Counted from the first letter of the stretch, positions 1 through 10,544 are shown. The stretch is 64,000 nt of DNA from Bdellovibrionales bacterium RIFCSPHIGHO2_01_FULL_40_29 (GCA_001771815.1 MEPU01000005.1:2346-66345); one strand, 5' to 3'. The notes: generated by a model from the sequence alone, not told the origin. Program-made: numbers and translations.

Positions 1-620
1 TCAAGCCACCGCGAGGCCTCTCCCAAAGCAAAAGAGAACTCATTTTCAACTCGAGTCAATCGTGCATCCAACTCAAATACCTGATTCATCATTTTACTGA
101 TTTGAGCTTCTGAAGACTCTTTTTTACGAATTTCATCATGAAGTTGACTGGCTAAATCGATATACTCAGAAACAAGCTGATCCCCCTGATTCCATTTTTC
201 CAGGGCACGGGCCAAATGAGGCACTTTATGGAACCTTCGCACAAGTTTGACCATTTCAGGAATATCTGCAGGATGAATCAAACCCTGTTGAAATCCCGTC
301 ATCACAACATTCATATTCATATCAGGCTTTTCAATTTCAATTCGTGCCATGCGGTCACCCAATGGTACAGCAAGCTCACCTTCGAAAAGTCTATAATGTC
401 TTTCGTCTTTGGACGTGACATATTTCTGCAAATAAAGGACTGAGTTTTTTTGCGCTTTTGACCAGAGACCTTCGCCGCCGACAAAAGCCCGTACTGCAGA
501 CAAGGTGCTCATCGCGAAATACAGAGTCAAGAGCTCGGTCGCAATGAGCAATGCCATCACGCCAACGACGCTAAAGAGCTTCTTTGAAACTGAAAGATTA
601 TGCCACCAGTTAAGAATCAC
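1..620 (-). CDS. N-terminal part of a membrane sensor histidine kinase (runs off the window start; missing from the ORF track)
   Basis: Manual translation from GTG at 620: ILNWWHNLSVSKKLFSVVGVMALLIATELLTLYFAMSTLSAVRAFVGGEGLWSKAQK...RVENEFSFALGEASRWL, a sensor N-terminus recalled from histidine kinases; kinase core lies outside the window. Confidence 0.7.
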   Translation of the reverse strand, partial: MILNWWHNLSVSKKLFSVVGVMALLIATELLTLYFAMSTLSAVRAFVGGEGLWSKAQKNSVLYLQKYVTSKDERHYRLFEGELAVPLGDRMARIEIEKPDMNMNVVMTGFQQGLIHPADIPEMVKLVRRFHKVPHLARALEKWNQGDQLVSEYIDLASQLHDEIRKKESSEAQISKMMNQVFELDARLTRVENEFSFALGEASRWL

Positions 621-632
621 AAAAATTGAATT

Positions 633-875
633 CTAGTCTTTAGTTTTCAGGTATGTATCATTTTCTTTAATAAAGGCTTTAATCTCTTCAGCGATGCTTA
701 AGAGTTTATTCCATTGCTCTTTGTATAAAGTGACTGGAAATCGACCCATTCCATAAACAGAAAGAGCACCCTTTTCACTGACTTTCATGGTCAAAGTCCC
801 ACCAGATTTTTTATTCTTTAAAGCTTCGTTTTCTGCTTTTAGTCGTTCAATTTCCGCTTTTAATTGGTCTGACAT
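633..875 (-). CDS. Small conserved protein, possible PC4/YdbC-like ssDNA-binding fold with N-terminal coiled coil
   Basis: KVSEKGALSVYGMGRFPVTLYKEQWNKLL; VTLxxEQWxxL resembles the PC4 ISLxxEQWxxL motif. Confidence 0.6.
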   Translation of the reverse strand: MSDQLKAEIERLKAENEALKNKKSGGTLTMKVSEKGALSVYGMGRFPVTLYKEQWNKLLSIAEEIKAFIKENDTYLKTKD

Positions 876-944
876 GCTTAACCTCGTCTTTCATCTGCTC
901 AAGATTAGATGAGAATCTTGAAGGCATCAACTTGAATAAGTGCA

Positions 945-1406
945 TTAAGCACGCAGTCGTAACGTTAATCCTTTAAGAAAATATCTTAACACTTGATCCC
1001 CGCACTCGCGGTAATTCGGATGTCCTTTTTTACGCAAAAAAGCGCTCAATTCAGAACGGCCCATTTTATAGCCACCTGACTCTAGCAGAACATGCAGATC
1101 GTCCTCTTTAAGCTCAAAGGCCACTTTCATTTTTTTAAGCACAGTATTATTTGTAACCGGAAGCTCAATCGGCTGTGCTGGCCGGTCTTTATCCCGTCCA
1201 CGCTTATAGAAGATTAAACCATCCAAAAAATGTGACATGATGATATCTGAACATATGATATAGCCAGGCTCATCCTCATTTTTTAAAAAATTTTTCACTT
1301 CTGAAAGCTCAACTCTGAGCTCGGCCAAAAGCAAAATATCAACGATCTTTTGATCGTTGATATTAAGCATATAGCGAATACTGCGCAGGACATCGTTGGT
1401 TTGCAT
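945..1406 (-). CDS. yehS: DUF1456 (YehS) family protein
   Basis: NDVLRSIRYML start, FLDGLIFYKRG, LPVTNNTVLKKMKVAFELK, YRECGDQVLRYFLKGL. Confidence 0.9.
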   Translation of the reverse strand: MQTNDVLRSIRYMLNINDQKIVDILLLAELRVELSEVKNFLKNEDEPGYIICSDIIMSHFLDGLIFYKRGRDKDRPAQPIELPVTNNTVLKKMKVAFELKEDDLHVLLESGGYKMGRSELSAFLRKKGHPNYRECGDQVLRYFLKGLTLRLRA

Positions 1407-1407
1407 C

Positions 1408-3453
1408 TTATTTATGTATCATGATCTCCGGCAACGTGTAAATCTCTGCTTTCTCATTCATATAATGTCGTAAATTAAATGTTCTCTCCGTAATCAATTC
1501 ATTCTGAGCCGAAACCTCACGAAAAATATTGGTTTGCCCACAAGCTTTTACGCTTGGAAAACATTCATCAAAGGCCTTCTGTCCATGTGCCGACATCCTT
1601 AAGCGCATGGTAACCGTCTCATCCAGTTTTGATTCTGGAATAATTTTTAAAAACAGCATAGGGCCAATCTCATAAAATACTGGCGTATGAAAACTAAGTT
1701 TTTCAAATTCGGCTTCGCGCTCTTTCATAGATAAGTTTGAATTTGCAATTCGCGATAAGAACGAGGCCATATACTGAACATCCCATGAGTATGCTGTTAC
1801 AAAGTCGCCCTTATTGTAAGCATTAATACGGTCTGATTCTGTATATGGAGTCCCTTCATGGATCGTTAAACTTGCAATTCCATAAGGCAGAGACTTCAGA
1901 TGGTTTGACTGAGCCAGAATTTCATTAAACGCCTGGATCATTTTATCTTGAGATACACTTTCTAAATACTTAAGCGCTTCTTTTCCAACAAAAATCTCAC
2001 GCTCAATAAAGGCACTTTTTCCATCGGCAATGTCCCATTTCGGAATTTTAATTCCAGCTCTAAATTGCTCCGGAATCAAATCGTTAATTTGAGCCATCAA
2101 CTGGTTATACTCAGACTTACGAAAATTGGAGCTCTCGTACCGATGATTCCAATTGAAACCCTCGAAACCTTGAGTCATCAATTTAGCATCTGTTTTCAGA
2201 ATTAAGCTTCCTGAATAATTGGTTTTTTCTTTTCCACCTTTAAGCCAGAATAGGTTGTAATTGGTTGAGCTCTCATTCGAGTATCCCTTTAGCTTATAAA
2301 CATCTGAAACGCGGTCTTCACTATCAAAAACCTTCAACACACCCGTCGACCAGCTGCTGTTTTTTACAACTTTTAAAAACTTTAAATTAAGACGAAATCG
2401 ATTCTCTTCGGAGTTTGTTTTGTTCTCACCTTTAATAATTCGTACAATCCGACGTTGATTCAAATCCAAAGACAAGTCGGCTTTTGCCGCCTGATCAATA
2501 ACCACAAGATTGGCATAAAGTCGATTTTTTAAAACATCATTGGCACGGCCTGGGACAACAGACATCACTGGAAAATCTGTCATTGAATATTTTTGACCCA
2601 TTAAATTATCATAAAACGCGCGAGACTCGGCGTTGTTCAAATTAAAAACATAGTCATTCAAAAATAATTTTGAATCGGTCTGCTTCAAGCCCATTTTTAT
2701 CAGATCAAAATCAAAGTACCGCGATAACAAACTGCCGGCACCTGGAACTAATCCAAAAATAGAAAGTCGCGTCTCAATGCCCCCCCCCGTTTGATTCAAC
2801 GCAAATAATTTAACTCGAACCATGTTGTCTTTCATACGAAAAACATGAATATCGAACTCACCAGAGGCAAACATCGAAACACCAACAGTGGTAGCTAGCG
2901 TAGCTTTTCCAATTTTACCGAAGTTATCAATCATCTTTTCACTTAAACTCACAACCATTGGCGCTCGAAAACTGACAAATGTTCCTTCGGCCAAGGCCAA
3001 CGCCTTTTCAGAATTTTTTGGAAGTTGTTTTAAGGCATGGGGAAGTGTAAAAATGGAGTCACTTTGTTTTTTAAAATGACGAACAAAGACGATCTCGCGA
3101 CCGGCGCCAATTCCTGGGTTTGCTATTAAATTTTTTCCTAATAGTTCACCGATCAATACATTCCCAGTCAGATTAAATGCATCGACACGGCTGTACAGCC
3201 CGTTGACTGAAGGTTTTGATTCTGGACGATACCGACCATCAATATAAATACCATAACCCATTTCACCGCTGAGAAGTTTCATTGAACCTGATAGACGGGT
3301 TGAAGCCAATGAATCCTGAAGCAACTCAACAAATCCACCGCTTGCAGGAGGTGTTGTAGCCTCAGTCTTTGCATTCACTTGATCTTGAGCGATCGCAGCT
3401 CCTGGCAATAGAGGAGTTAATGCTAAAACTGACATCACGATTTTCTTTTTCAT
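1408..3453 (-). CDS. Large exported hypothetical protein (~681 aa)
   Basis: Long ORF; signal peptide MKKKIVMSVLALTPLLPGAAIA behind an AAAGGTGG RBS; no recognised domain. Confidence 0.75.
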   Translation of the reverse strand: MKKKIVMSVLALTPLLPGAAIAQDQVNAKTEATTPPASGGFVELLQDSLASTRLSGSMKLLSGEMGYGIYIDGRYRPESKPSVNGLYSRVDAFNLTGNVLIGELLGKNLIANPGIGAGREIVFVRHFKKQSDSIFTLPHALKQLPKNSEKALALAEGTFVSFRAPMVVSLSEKMIDNFGKIGKATLATTVGVSMFASGEFDIHVFRMKDNMVRVKLFALNQTGGGIETRLSIFGLVPGAGSLLSRYFDFDLIKMGLKQTDSKLFLNDYVFNLNNAESRAFYDNLMGQKYSMTDFPVMSVVPGRANDVLKNRLYANLVVIDQAAKADLSLDLNQRRIVRIIKGENKTNSEENRFRLNLKFLKVVKNSSWSTGVLKVFDSEDRVSDVYKLKGYSNESSTNYNLFWLKGGKEKTNYSGSLILKTDAKLMTQGFEGFNWNHRYESSNFRKSEYNQLMAQINDLIPEQFRAGIKIPKWDIADGKSAFIEREIFVGKEALKYLESVSQDKMIQAFNEILAQSNHLKSLPYGIASLTIHEGTPYTESDRINAYNKGDFVTAYSWDVQYMASFLSRIANSNLSMKEREAEFEKLSFHTPVFYEIGPMLFLKIIPESKLDETVTMRLRMSAHGQKAFDECFPSVKACGQTNIFREVSAQNELITERTFNLRHYMNEKAEIYTLPEIMIHK

Positions 3454-3588
3454 ATTTCCACCTTTTGGTTTGGGCATAACCTTAAGGTACGCAATTCAGA
3501 TGCCTGGATTTTTCTAATTTTGAAACAACAAAACGTTCAATTTTTTGACAGTGAGCCCATTCAGGCTCGACGACTCAGACTGAGACGT

Positions 3589-4641
3589 CTATTTTTTATC
3601 GCCCAAATGCATGGTCCGAATCTTTGAATTTGAAGACAACAAAAGCCGTGGGTTATCATCCTCATCGGAAATATCCCCAACAACTTCTTCAAAAATATCT
3701 TCCATGGTGACAATACCAATCGGAGATTTGTCTTCCATAATAACGGCCAAATGGCTTTGCTTGGATTGAAGCTTTTTCAGTGCTGACAAGATAGGTTCTT
3801 TGGGATTTAACTTCACCACTGGACGAATCAATTGCTTCCAATCCAATCGAGCAATTTCAGATTCAGAGACAAATTCTTTTGCATGCAAAAGCCCAATCAC
3901 CGCTCCCTCATCCACTACTGGAATCCGCGTGTGTCGAAAGTCTTTAATTTTTTGCATGATCTCTAAAAAATGAGTCTCCGTTGAAATAGTCGAGACTTCC
4001 TCCCAAGGAACAAAAATATCTTTCACCGTTCGCTTATCAATATTGATCAGATTCAGAACATACTGCTTGTTCACATCCGAGAGCGGTTCAATATCAATGG
4101 CGGTATTTTCATGAACAGTTAATTCTGCCTTGACCCCCATCGAAATCATGCGCAGAAAAAATTTTGTAGAAACCTCTAAAATAAAAACAAAAGGAGAAAA
4201 AAACTTATCCAACGCCTGCAACATCAAACCGCCTGAAAGAGCTAATTTCATCGGAAACTTCAATGCCAACGATTTTGGAACCAATTCACCAATCACGACA
4301 CTGAAGTAAGTCAGGGGTACAACAATCAGGCCAATCGAAATACCATTAGCTACTTCAATCGTGATTGGAAACTGCTCCATCAGATACGGAGTCAAACTTT
4401 CCTCGGCACCAGCGCCTCCGATAGCTGCTGAAATAGCACCCACCAAGGTAATTCCAATCTGCAATACTGAAAGCGTGCGCTCTGGAGTTTCTCGTAGTCG
4501 CAAAATTCTCTTTGCTGCCGAATTCCCCTTTGCAGCTAACTGCTTCAAATGTGGACGCGAGACCGTTACAAATGCCATCTCCAGACACGACAGAACCGCA
4601 TTAATAAAAAGACAAAGGGAAATCACTAAAAGTGCAAACAT
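3589..4641 (-). CDS. CNNM/HlyC-CorC family (DUF21 + CBS pair) metal transport protein
   Basis: LEMAFVTVSRPHL, QIGITLVG, VVIGELVPKSLA, CBS HTRIPVVD and IVTMEDIFEEVVGDISDE. Confidence 0.93.
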   Translation of the reverse strand: MFALLVISLCLFINAVLSCLEMAFVTVSRPHLKQLAAKGNSAAKRILRLRETPERTLSVLQIGITLVGAISAAIGGAGAEESLTPYLMEQFPITIEVANGISIGLIVVPLTYFSVVIGELVPKSLALKFPMKLALSGGLMLQALDKFFSPFVFILEVSTKFFLRMISMGVKAELTVHENTAIDIEPLSDVNKQYVLNLINIDKRTVKDIFVPWEEVSTISTETHFLEIMQKIKDFRHTRIPVVDEGAVIGLLHAKEFVSESEIARLDWKQLIRPVVKLNPKEPILSALKKLQSKQSHLAVIMEDKSPIGIVTMEDIFEEVVGDISDEDDNPRLLLSSNSKIRTMHLGDKK

Positions 4642-4776
4642 ATCTCTAAGCTAAGCGATACTGCCTCCAATGTCACTGCTTGCACTTTTTTGCATTTTCA
4701 ATGACATCAATATCCACATTTTTGTTGCTGTTTTTTAATCACTTCACTATAAAACGACTTCACGAGGGGAATAGAC

Positions 4777-5715
4777 ATGAATTTATTGATTGCAGTTTTC
4801 ACATTGCCTATATTATTAGCTTTTGGCTGCAGTAACGTAAAAACTGAAAAATCCACGCCTTCAAAACCATCTTATTCAAGAATTATCGGCGGAGAACTTA
4901 CTTCTGAAAAACACTTAGCTGCCCCCAGTACTGTTGGAATTTATGATTTAGAGAACGAATTTATTTGCACAGGAACTCTGTTAACAGAGCATATTATTGT
5001 GACTGCGGCTCATTGTATTGAAACCAAACCTGAAAAAATTCGATTAGTTTTCGGTCTTCAATTATTTGAAACATTAAATGCTCGTGAAGTCGATATACAA
5101 GAAGAATTCGTTCGTCGAGCTCAAGCCACTCGCCGTCATCCTCAATGGAATAAACAGACCACCGAGAACACCTCGACTGTTGAAACCGAATGGCATGATC
5201 TGGCTTTGATCTTGTTTAAAGGATCTCTGCCTGAAGGCTATCATCCGGCAACCCGTTTAGCGGATGCCGCACTTTTAACAGAGGGAAATCGAGTCATCAT
5301 GGCAGGATATGGCGCCACCCATGTGAAAATCACAAATGTAAATGAAAAAAAATATCCTAATTTAAAGAAAGCCATAGAATCCGGTGAACTGGAATGCGAA
5401 GAAGACGAGACCACTCAGAAATTGAAGTGTTACAAAATAGATTTCGAAGGTGATGATGAATTATTTCATACCGCAGCCACCATCCGCTCGATCTCGTCCA
5501 CTGAGGTCCGTCTGGATGAATCCCATGGTCATGGCACCTGTGTTGGTGATTCAGGTGGCCCCGCCTTTATTGAACACCAAGGAGAATTACTTTTCTTCGG
5601 CGTAACCAGCCGCGGAAGTTTCGCCTGTGATAATACGGGTGTCTACACCAACACCTTGGCCTTCAAAGACTGGATCGATCAAACAATTATTGAACTCACA
5701 CAAGGATTAAAATGA
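4777..5715 (+). CDS. Trypsin-like (S1) serine protease, lipoprotein
   Basis: Lipobox LAFGC; RIIGG, CTGTL, TAAHC, DLALI, GDSGGP catalytic motifs. Confidence 0.95.
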   Translation: MNLLIAVFTLPILLAFGCSNVKTEKSTPSKPSYSRIIGGELTSEKHLAAPSTVGIYDLENEFICTGTLLTEHIIVTAAHCIETKPEKIRLVFGLQLFETLNAREVDIQEEFVRRAQATRRHPQWNKQTTENTSTVETEWHDLALILFKGSLPEGYHPATRLADAALLTEGNRVIMAGYGATHVKITNVNEKKYPNLKKAIESGELECEEDETTQKLKCYKIDFEGDDELFHTAATIRSISSTEVRLDESHGHGTCVGDSGGPAFIEHQGELLFFGVTSRGSFACDNTGVYTNTLAFKDWIDQTIIELTQGLK

Positions 5716-6152
5716 AGTTTCTAATATTTATTTTTTCGATTTCATCTTCTGTTGTTTTAGCCCAAGTTCCGCCGCACACCATTTTAGACCCTGCCAAAAT
5801 CAGCTTTGATTATATGAGTAGCGATGGTGGTTTTTGGTTGGATTGCACTCATACCAAAGGGACCCAGCCCCACTCGTGGACGGTGCAATGCCAAGATTAT
5901 CGCTTCAGTTTACATCTGTTGTTGCGGGAATTTATTCGAGCCGACGAAACCACCTACGAATTTCATTACTGGGCGACCGAAGGGAAAGTCCTCGGTCAAA
6001 CCCGCACTCAATCCACGTGGCTGACCGTGGATACAAAATCTCAGGCTAAAAAAGTTGTTAGCTACTTAGGTTTCATGGAAGACGCCACGCAATTACGTCT
6101 TGAGATTAATTTGAATCACTCACACCAAGTGCGCGGAACAATTAAGCGCTGA
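5712..6152 (+). CDS. Secreted hypothetical protein
   Basis: 4-bp overlap with protease stop; signal peptide; Cys pair. Confidence 0.7.
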   Translation: MKFLIFIFSISSSVVLAQVPPHTILDPAKISFDYMSSDGGFWLDCTHTKGTQPHSWTVQCQDYRFSLHLLLREFIRADETTYEFHYWATEGKVLGQTRTQSTWLTVDTKSQAKKVVSYLGFMEDATQLRLEINLNHSHQVRGTIKR

Positions 6153-6646
6153 ATATCCCCAGCCCGCATCAACATAAAGTCTTTACTGGTGGAAACGCGC
6201 AATCGTTCTTTTCTCAGCGGACGTGCTGAGATTGCTAAAATCTGACCATTCCCACTGGAATCTGTTTGCATAGATCCATTCAAATTCTGAATTTGCCATT
6301 TCAATGGCTGATTAGAAACTGGCATTAAATCATCTTCAACAACCTGATTGGATACGGTTCCTTCGGAGTCTCGACACATCAGTTTGAAATGAACCACAAC
6401 AAAATAACGATTCTGGCAATTCTCTGTTTCTGAAAAACCATAACCCACTTTGCACGTGTTAAAATATTTTTCTGAATACCCTAATGAATTAACTGATTTA
6501 TCTAATCCCAGCAAACGCTGAATCGACTGATAATCAATTGTCGGAGCCTCTGAAGTAACCGACAGATCGGGAGCTGTCTTGACTGGCATTTGTCCACAGG
6601 ACATAAGCACTAGCCCTAATGAACTCAACAGCAGAAATTTAATCAT
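6116..6646 (-). CDS. Hypothetical lipoprotein
   Basis: Lipobox LVLMSC; 4-bp coupling to the upstream gene. Confidence 0.75.
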   Translation of the reverse strand: MIKFLLLSSLGLVLMSCGQMPVKTAPDLSVTSEAPTIDYQSIQRLLGLDKSVNSLGYSEKYFNTCKVGYGFSETENCQNRYFVVVHFKLMCRDSEGTVSNQVVEDDLMPVSNQPLKWQIQNLNGSMQTDSSGNGQILAISARPLRKERLRVSTSKDFMLMRAGDIQRLIVPRTWCE

Positions 6647-7947
6647 AATGATATACCTTTAGCTTTTAGAATAGACTTGGCCTCTTGAATACCAGAGAGG
6701 CGTTCAAATTTTTCAAACTGACTACCGAAGTACATCAAATCCGTATCGGAATCACCCATTTCAAAACGAATGGTTTCAACAGCAGCGAAAATTTCTTTAT
6801 CTTTATAGCGATACTGTCGGTGTAATTCCCACAACCGTTCTAAAACTTTCACATCCCGAGACATAGGACCTCGCACACACCAAAACAGAACTTTTTTAGT
6901 ACTTAAAGATTCTGGTTGAATAGCACCGCCGGTGTACTGTTCATGCCCCGGCGTGATAACGTAATTTTCATTCAGACGACGACGATCAGAAACCGCATAA
7001 GAAACTAACGATTGAAGTTTTTCAATTCCACCCTGCTTGTACTGACCACCTGAAGAGGCCAGTAATAATTCGCGTGAATAAGGAAGTCGTCCACCCTGAC
7101 TTGAACAGTAAGCTTTAGCCATAGCATATGTATACCCTGAACCCGTGGATTGAACAGGCATTCTAATCCATTCTAAGTTCTGAGAGTCTGCAGAAGGTTC
7201 CCAATCAGGATAAATATTTTTTTGAAAGAAATCAAAAACTTGAAGAGCCAAGTTATCCAAGGCCTCGATCAATTTTCCGCGGGCTATAAACTGACGAGTC
7301 ATTCCATTTTTAACACCTTGCATGTGATAGGTTAATTGAAACTGACCAGCACCTAAACTTGAAAACGTTCCATAGGATACATAATCAATCTGTTTATACA
7401 TAGCATCCATCAGCACAGGGTTCAACTTAGCTGGATCAACAGTGCCACCAAGACCGTATGTACTTGAAAGAAGCTTAACATAAATTTTTAAAACTTGAGT
7501 GTCATTGCCTTTTGAAATTTGCAGACGTCGATCATTGTCACGAATATCATTGTTAATATACTGACGATCCAAGGCCGCTTTGAATTGGTTTTCTAGTGAC
7601 CAATCAATATTAATCACATCCGACGCTTTACGAATATCATGCGCCTGATCGAACATCATTAAAACATTCGCTAGTGGTTCCACCATCATTTCAGCGGGCA
7701 CACCCTTTTCCGCTAAATCATTTAAAGCTGTCGTCATTTCTGAAAAAAACATTTTCCGAACAGAATCGCGATCCTGTGACATCGTTTTCACATACTGTCC
7801 CATGTCACCCGCTGCAAAAAAGGGAATACTTGACCACAAGGCCGCCATTTGTTTTTTACTTTTAAACTGATCCTCATCCGAAACCTGGGGCGCTGCCAAA
7901 GTCTGAATAGAACAAACAAGCATGATAGAAAGTAAAAAATATCGCAT
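6643..7947 (-). CDS. Exported protein with C-terminal DUF1566/C-type-lectin-like module
   Basis: Signal peptide; YAMAKAYCSSQGGRLPYSRELL and FWCVR motifs. Confidence 0.65.
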   Translation of the reverse strand: MRYFLLSIMLVCSIQTLAAPQVSDEDQFKSKKQMAALWSSIPFFAAGDMGQYVKTMSQDRDSVRKMFFSEMTTALNDLAEKGVPAEMMVEPLANVLMMFDQAHDIRKASDVINIDWSLENQFKAALDRQYINNDIRDNDRRLQISKGNDTQVLKIYVKLLSSTYGLGGTVDPAKLNPVLMDAMYKQIDYVSYGTFSSLGAGQFQLTYHMQGVKNGMTRQFIARGKLIEALDNLALQVFDFFQKNIYPDWEPSADSQNLEWIRMPVQSTGSGYTYAMAKAYCSSQGGRLPYSRELLLASSGGQYKQGGIEKLQSLVSYAVSDRRRLNENYVITPGHEQYTGGAIQPESLSTKKVLFWCVRGPMSRDVKVLERLWELHRQYRYKDKEIFAAVETIRFEMGDSDTDLMYFGSQFEKFERLSGIQEAKSILKAKGISL

Positions 7948-8055
7948 AGATCCTCCGTCAGGTCTTCGGCCGACTCCTGTGCTCTTTCAATTCCCTGACC
8001 AAAAATGAAACGTTTAAAACCCGTCTGTATTGATTTTAGGAGGGATTGGCGGGAT

Positions 8056-9411
8056 TCACTGACTAGATTTTAGACGAAGACGCGTCAATTGCGCCAACTG
8101 ATAGGTCCCAAACTCCCCGTTAAAAAGACAACGCATTAAGGGATCTTCAAGACAATCCAGGTCATGCATCTCCAGCTCAATTTCAGTAGAAAAAATAAAA
8201 TCATTAATGCGTAAATAAAGCGAGGACAATGTTTCTCCATCAGCAAGTGCCCCATACAATTTTGCCAAAGGGATTTCTGTTAACCAGGATATGGGTTCAT
8301 TCGATGACTTCCCTAAAAATTGCATTTCTTGTGGGCTCACTGCATAGTGAAAATCCATCGCATTCCCAGATGAATCAAAGACGGAAAGCTTCCAATGTCT
8401 TGTTATTGAAAAATAAATTTCATCTGATCGATCTAATGAATTAAACTTTTCAACAATTCCTTTACAACAAAATTCAATGACAAATTCTCTTTGTTTCCAT
8501 GTCAGTTCTTTGAAATGAATTGAAATCTGGGATGTCGCTGGCGCTTTGAAATCTTTTTTATATTCATAGTCCACATCATGATCACCAAGGGGTTGCACCC
8601 AGTGCAAAGGCTTCGCAAATTGAATTGAATTTTGATCCAATTCAATAGCCACCGATGGATTCAGGCGTATCACTTTCGAATCTGGTAATGCCAACTCAAT
8701 CTGCTGTTGAAACTGCTGATAGGAAATTGGAAAAAAGGCGTGCCGGTACCAGGACCACTCTTCATGAATAAATTGGCAGGAACTCGGAACAATGTAGCGA
8801 GGATTGAGGATTTTTAGCTGCTCGATCCATTCTATTGGAATTTCTCCTGACGCTGGCATTGATCGTGACGGCATAATCACTTCGATCTCGCGCATCGTTT
8901 GAAAAGGCCACAGAATAAGATCCCAATCTCCTTGCTGATGAAGCAACGTCAATGTTGCCTCATCAATCCACGAATCCACCACGTTCAAAACATTTAATCC
9001 ACAACATTGAAGTTGAAACAGACAATCCACATCAGAGTCCAATGCCCGACGGGGAATTATCTGAATATCTCCGATGCTGATCGATAAATTAAGATCCAGC
9101 GAATAAACCTTTGAAAATCCAAGTTCGCGAATCCAGGACATCATTTCTTTAAAAAGACAGTAGATATAAATAGGTGTTTCACGATGAAGGTGCTTTAGAC
9201 TTTCAAAGGAACAGTGATCATCATGAAAATGAGAAATAAATACGGCATCAAGTCGAAGTTTTGAAATCTCTGCGTGGTTGAACTGAACATTGGGATAGGC
9301 GTGACAATTGACACTAAAAGGATTCTCGAAAATGGGATCGCAAGCAATCTGTGTTTGTCCACATTCAAAAATATAACCCGCATGAAGTATTCGTGAAATT
9401 TTTAATCCCAT
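8056..9411 (-). CDS. MBL-fold metallo-hydrolase (UlaG-like)
   Basis: ILHAGYIF, CDP, ISHFHDDH metal-binding motif. Confidence 0.85.
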   Translation of the reverse strand: MGLKISRILHAGYIFECGQTQIACDPIFENPFSVNCHAYPNVQFNHAEISKLRLDAVFISHFHDDHCSFESLKHLHRETPIYIYCLFKEMMSWIRELGFSKVYSLDLNLSISIGDIQIIPRRALDSDVDCLFQLQCCGLNVLNVVDSWIDEATLTLLHQQGDWDLILWPFQTMREIEVIMPSRSMPASGEIPIEWIEQLKILNPRYIVPSSCQFIHEEWSWYRHAFFPISYQQFQQQIELALPDSKVIRLNPSVAIELDQNSIQFAKPLHWVQPLGDHDVDYEYKKDFKAPATSQISIHFKELTWKQREFVIEFCCKGIVEKFNSLDRSDEIYFSITRHWKLSVFDSSGNAMDFHYAVSPQEMQFLGKSSNEPISWLTEIPLAKLYGALADGETLSSLYLRINDFIFSTEIELEMHDLDCLEDPLMRCLFNGEFGTYQLAQLTRLRLKSSQ

Positions 9412-9456
9412 ACCACACTTTAAAATGAGATATGGGATTAAGGCAACTCTTGGAAA

Positions 9457-10341
9457 TTAGTAAACTGGAAGAGGTTGGCGGTACAAGGCCGCTCGAATCA
9501 ACTTCATTGCAATATCGTAATCTGTCCCATCTGGATCTTTTCCTGAATCCCATTGCCATGATGGTGGAGCCTCGGGATGAGGACCTGACACAATCACAAA
9601 ACCTGATCCTGTCCAAGTTTGTGAAATGGCGGGCTTGCCTCCGGGATATCTAGCCACCACGCCTCGGTACCACTCGGGAGTTGACGGTCCGTCATACCAC
9701 ATCAAATACCGAGATGAACCATCAGCAAATGAAACCTTGGGAACGGCAGCAATCAAAGATGAATTTCCATTCGGATACCAATGTTTCAAGTACGCCCCTT
9801 GAGCCACGGCAAAACCATAGTAAGCCGTAGTATTTGAAAGACTGTCTGTTCCCACAGCATCAAATGCGCCCGCACAAATTCCTAAATAACTGACTCCCCC
9901 ATCACGAACGGCTTGGCGCACACGAATTTTAGTGGATTTTGTCAGAGCGTTATTAATCGTATTTGAATTTCCACCTGGAATCAGAATCATTCCATAAGTT
10001 TTTAATGTGGACAGACTCATGTTGTTCAACACGCTTGAATTCACAAGTTGATACGTTAATCCCATGGATTTAATTATCACTTCCAAATTTTTCCAATCTG
10101 AAAGTGATGTCCCTATTCCATTGAAAAGTAGAATCTGAACGGATCCCGCATTTTGCTCTTGAGTTGATTCATCATTAGGATTTTTGGGATCTTCTTGTAT
10201 CACATCGGGAAGAGATTTGACAGTCTCACCATCAGGTGTAGAGCTGATATCAGAATCCGTCGATGGAGTACATGCTGCAAAAGTTATGGTCAATGCAAAA
10301 GACAATAGGAGACGCTTCAGAATTAAATTCTTTTTCATCAT
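9457..10341 (-). CDS. BPL_N / class I glutamine-amidotransferase-like lipoprotein
   Basis: Lipobox TFAAC; LIPGG, YLGICAGAF nucleophile elbow, SGPHPE His-x-Glu. Confidence 0.8.
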   Translation of the reverse strand: MMKKNLILKRLLLSFALTITFAACTPSTDSDISSTPDGETVKSLPDVIQEDPKNPNDESTQEQNAGSVQILLFNGIGTSLSDWKNLEVIIKSMGLTYQLVNSSVLNNMSLSTLKTYGMILIPGGNSNTINNALTKSTKIRVRQAVRDGGVSYLGICAGAFDAVGTDSLSNTTAYYGFAVAQGAYLKHWYPNGNSSLIAAVPKVSFADGSSRYLMWYDGPSTPEWYRGVVARYPGGKPAISQTWTGSGFVIVSGPHPEAPPSWQWDSGKDPDGTDYDIAMKLIRAALYRQPLPVY

Positions 10342-10544
10342 AGGTTTCCTTTAAAATGTGTTTTTCTACAAACGATCTTGGTGGATATCGGCCGCAGTAT
10401 TTTTCTTAATTTGGTTAAGAAAAAATAATATTTGAATACGCTTATTGTTCAATAAAGCGGACGATTTATGCAATATGTTTTTAGACAATGACAGAATTGT
10501 CATTGGAAGAAGCTTTTTAGTGAATGAAGTAATTCATGTTTATT

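Noticed and set aside
216-443. 75-aa plus-strand ORF
   Set aside because: Antisense shadow of the partial sensor kinase at 1-620
10437-10460. CGCTTATTG/CAATAAAGCG hairpin as terminator
   Set aside because: Weak bulged AT-rich stem without a U-tract on the coding strand
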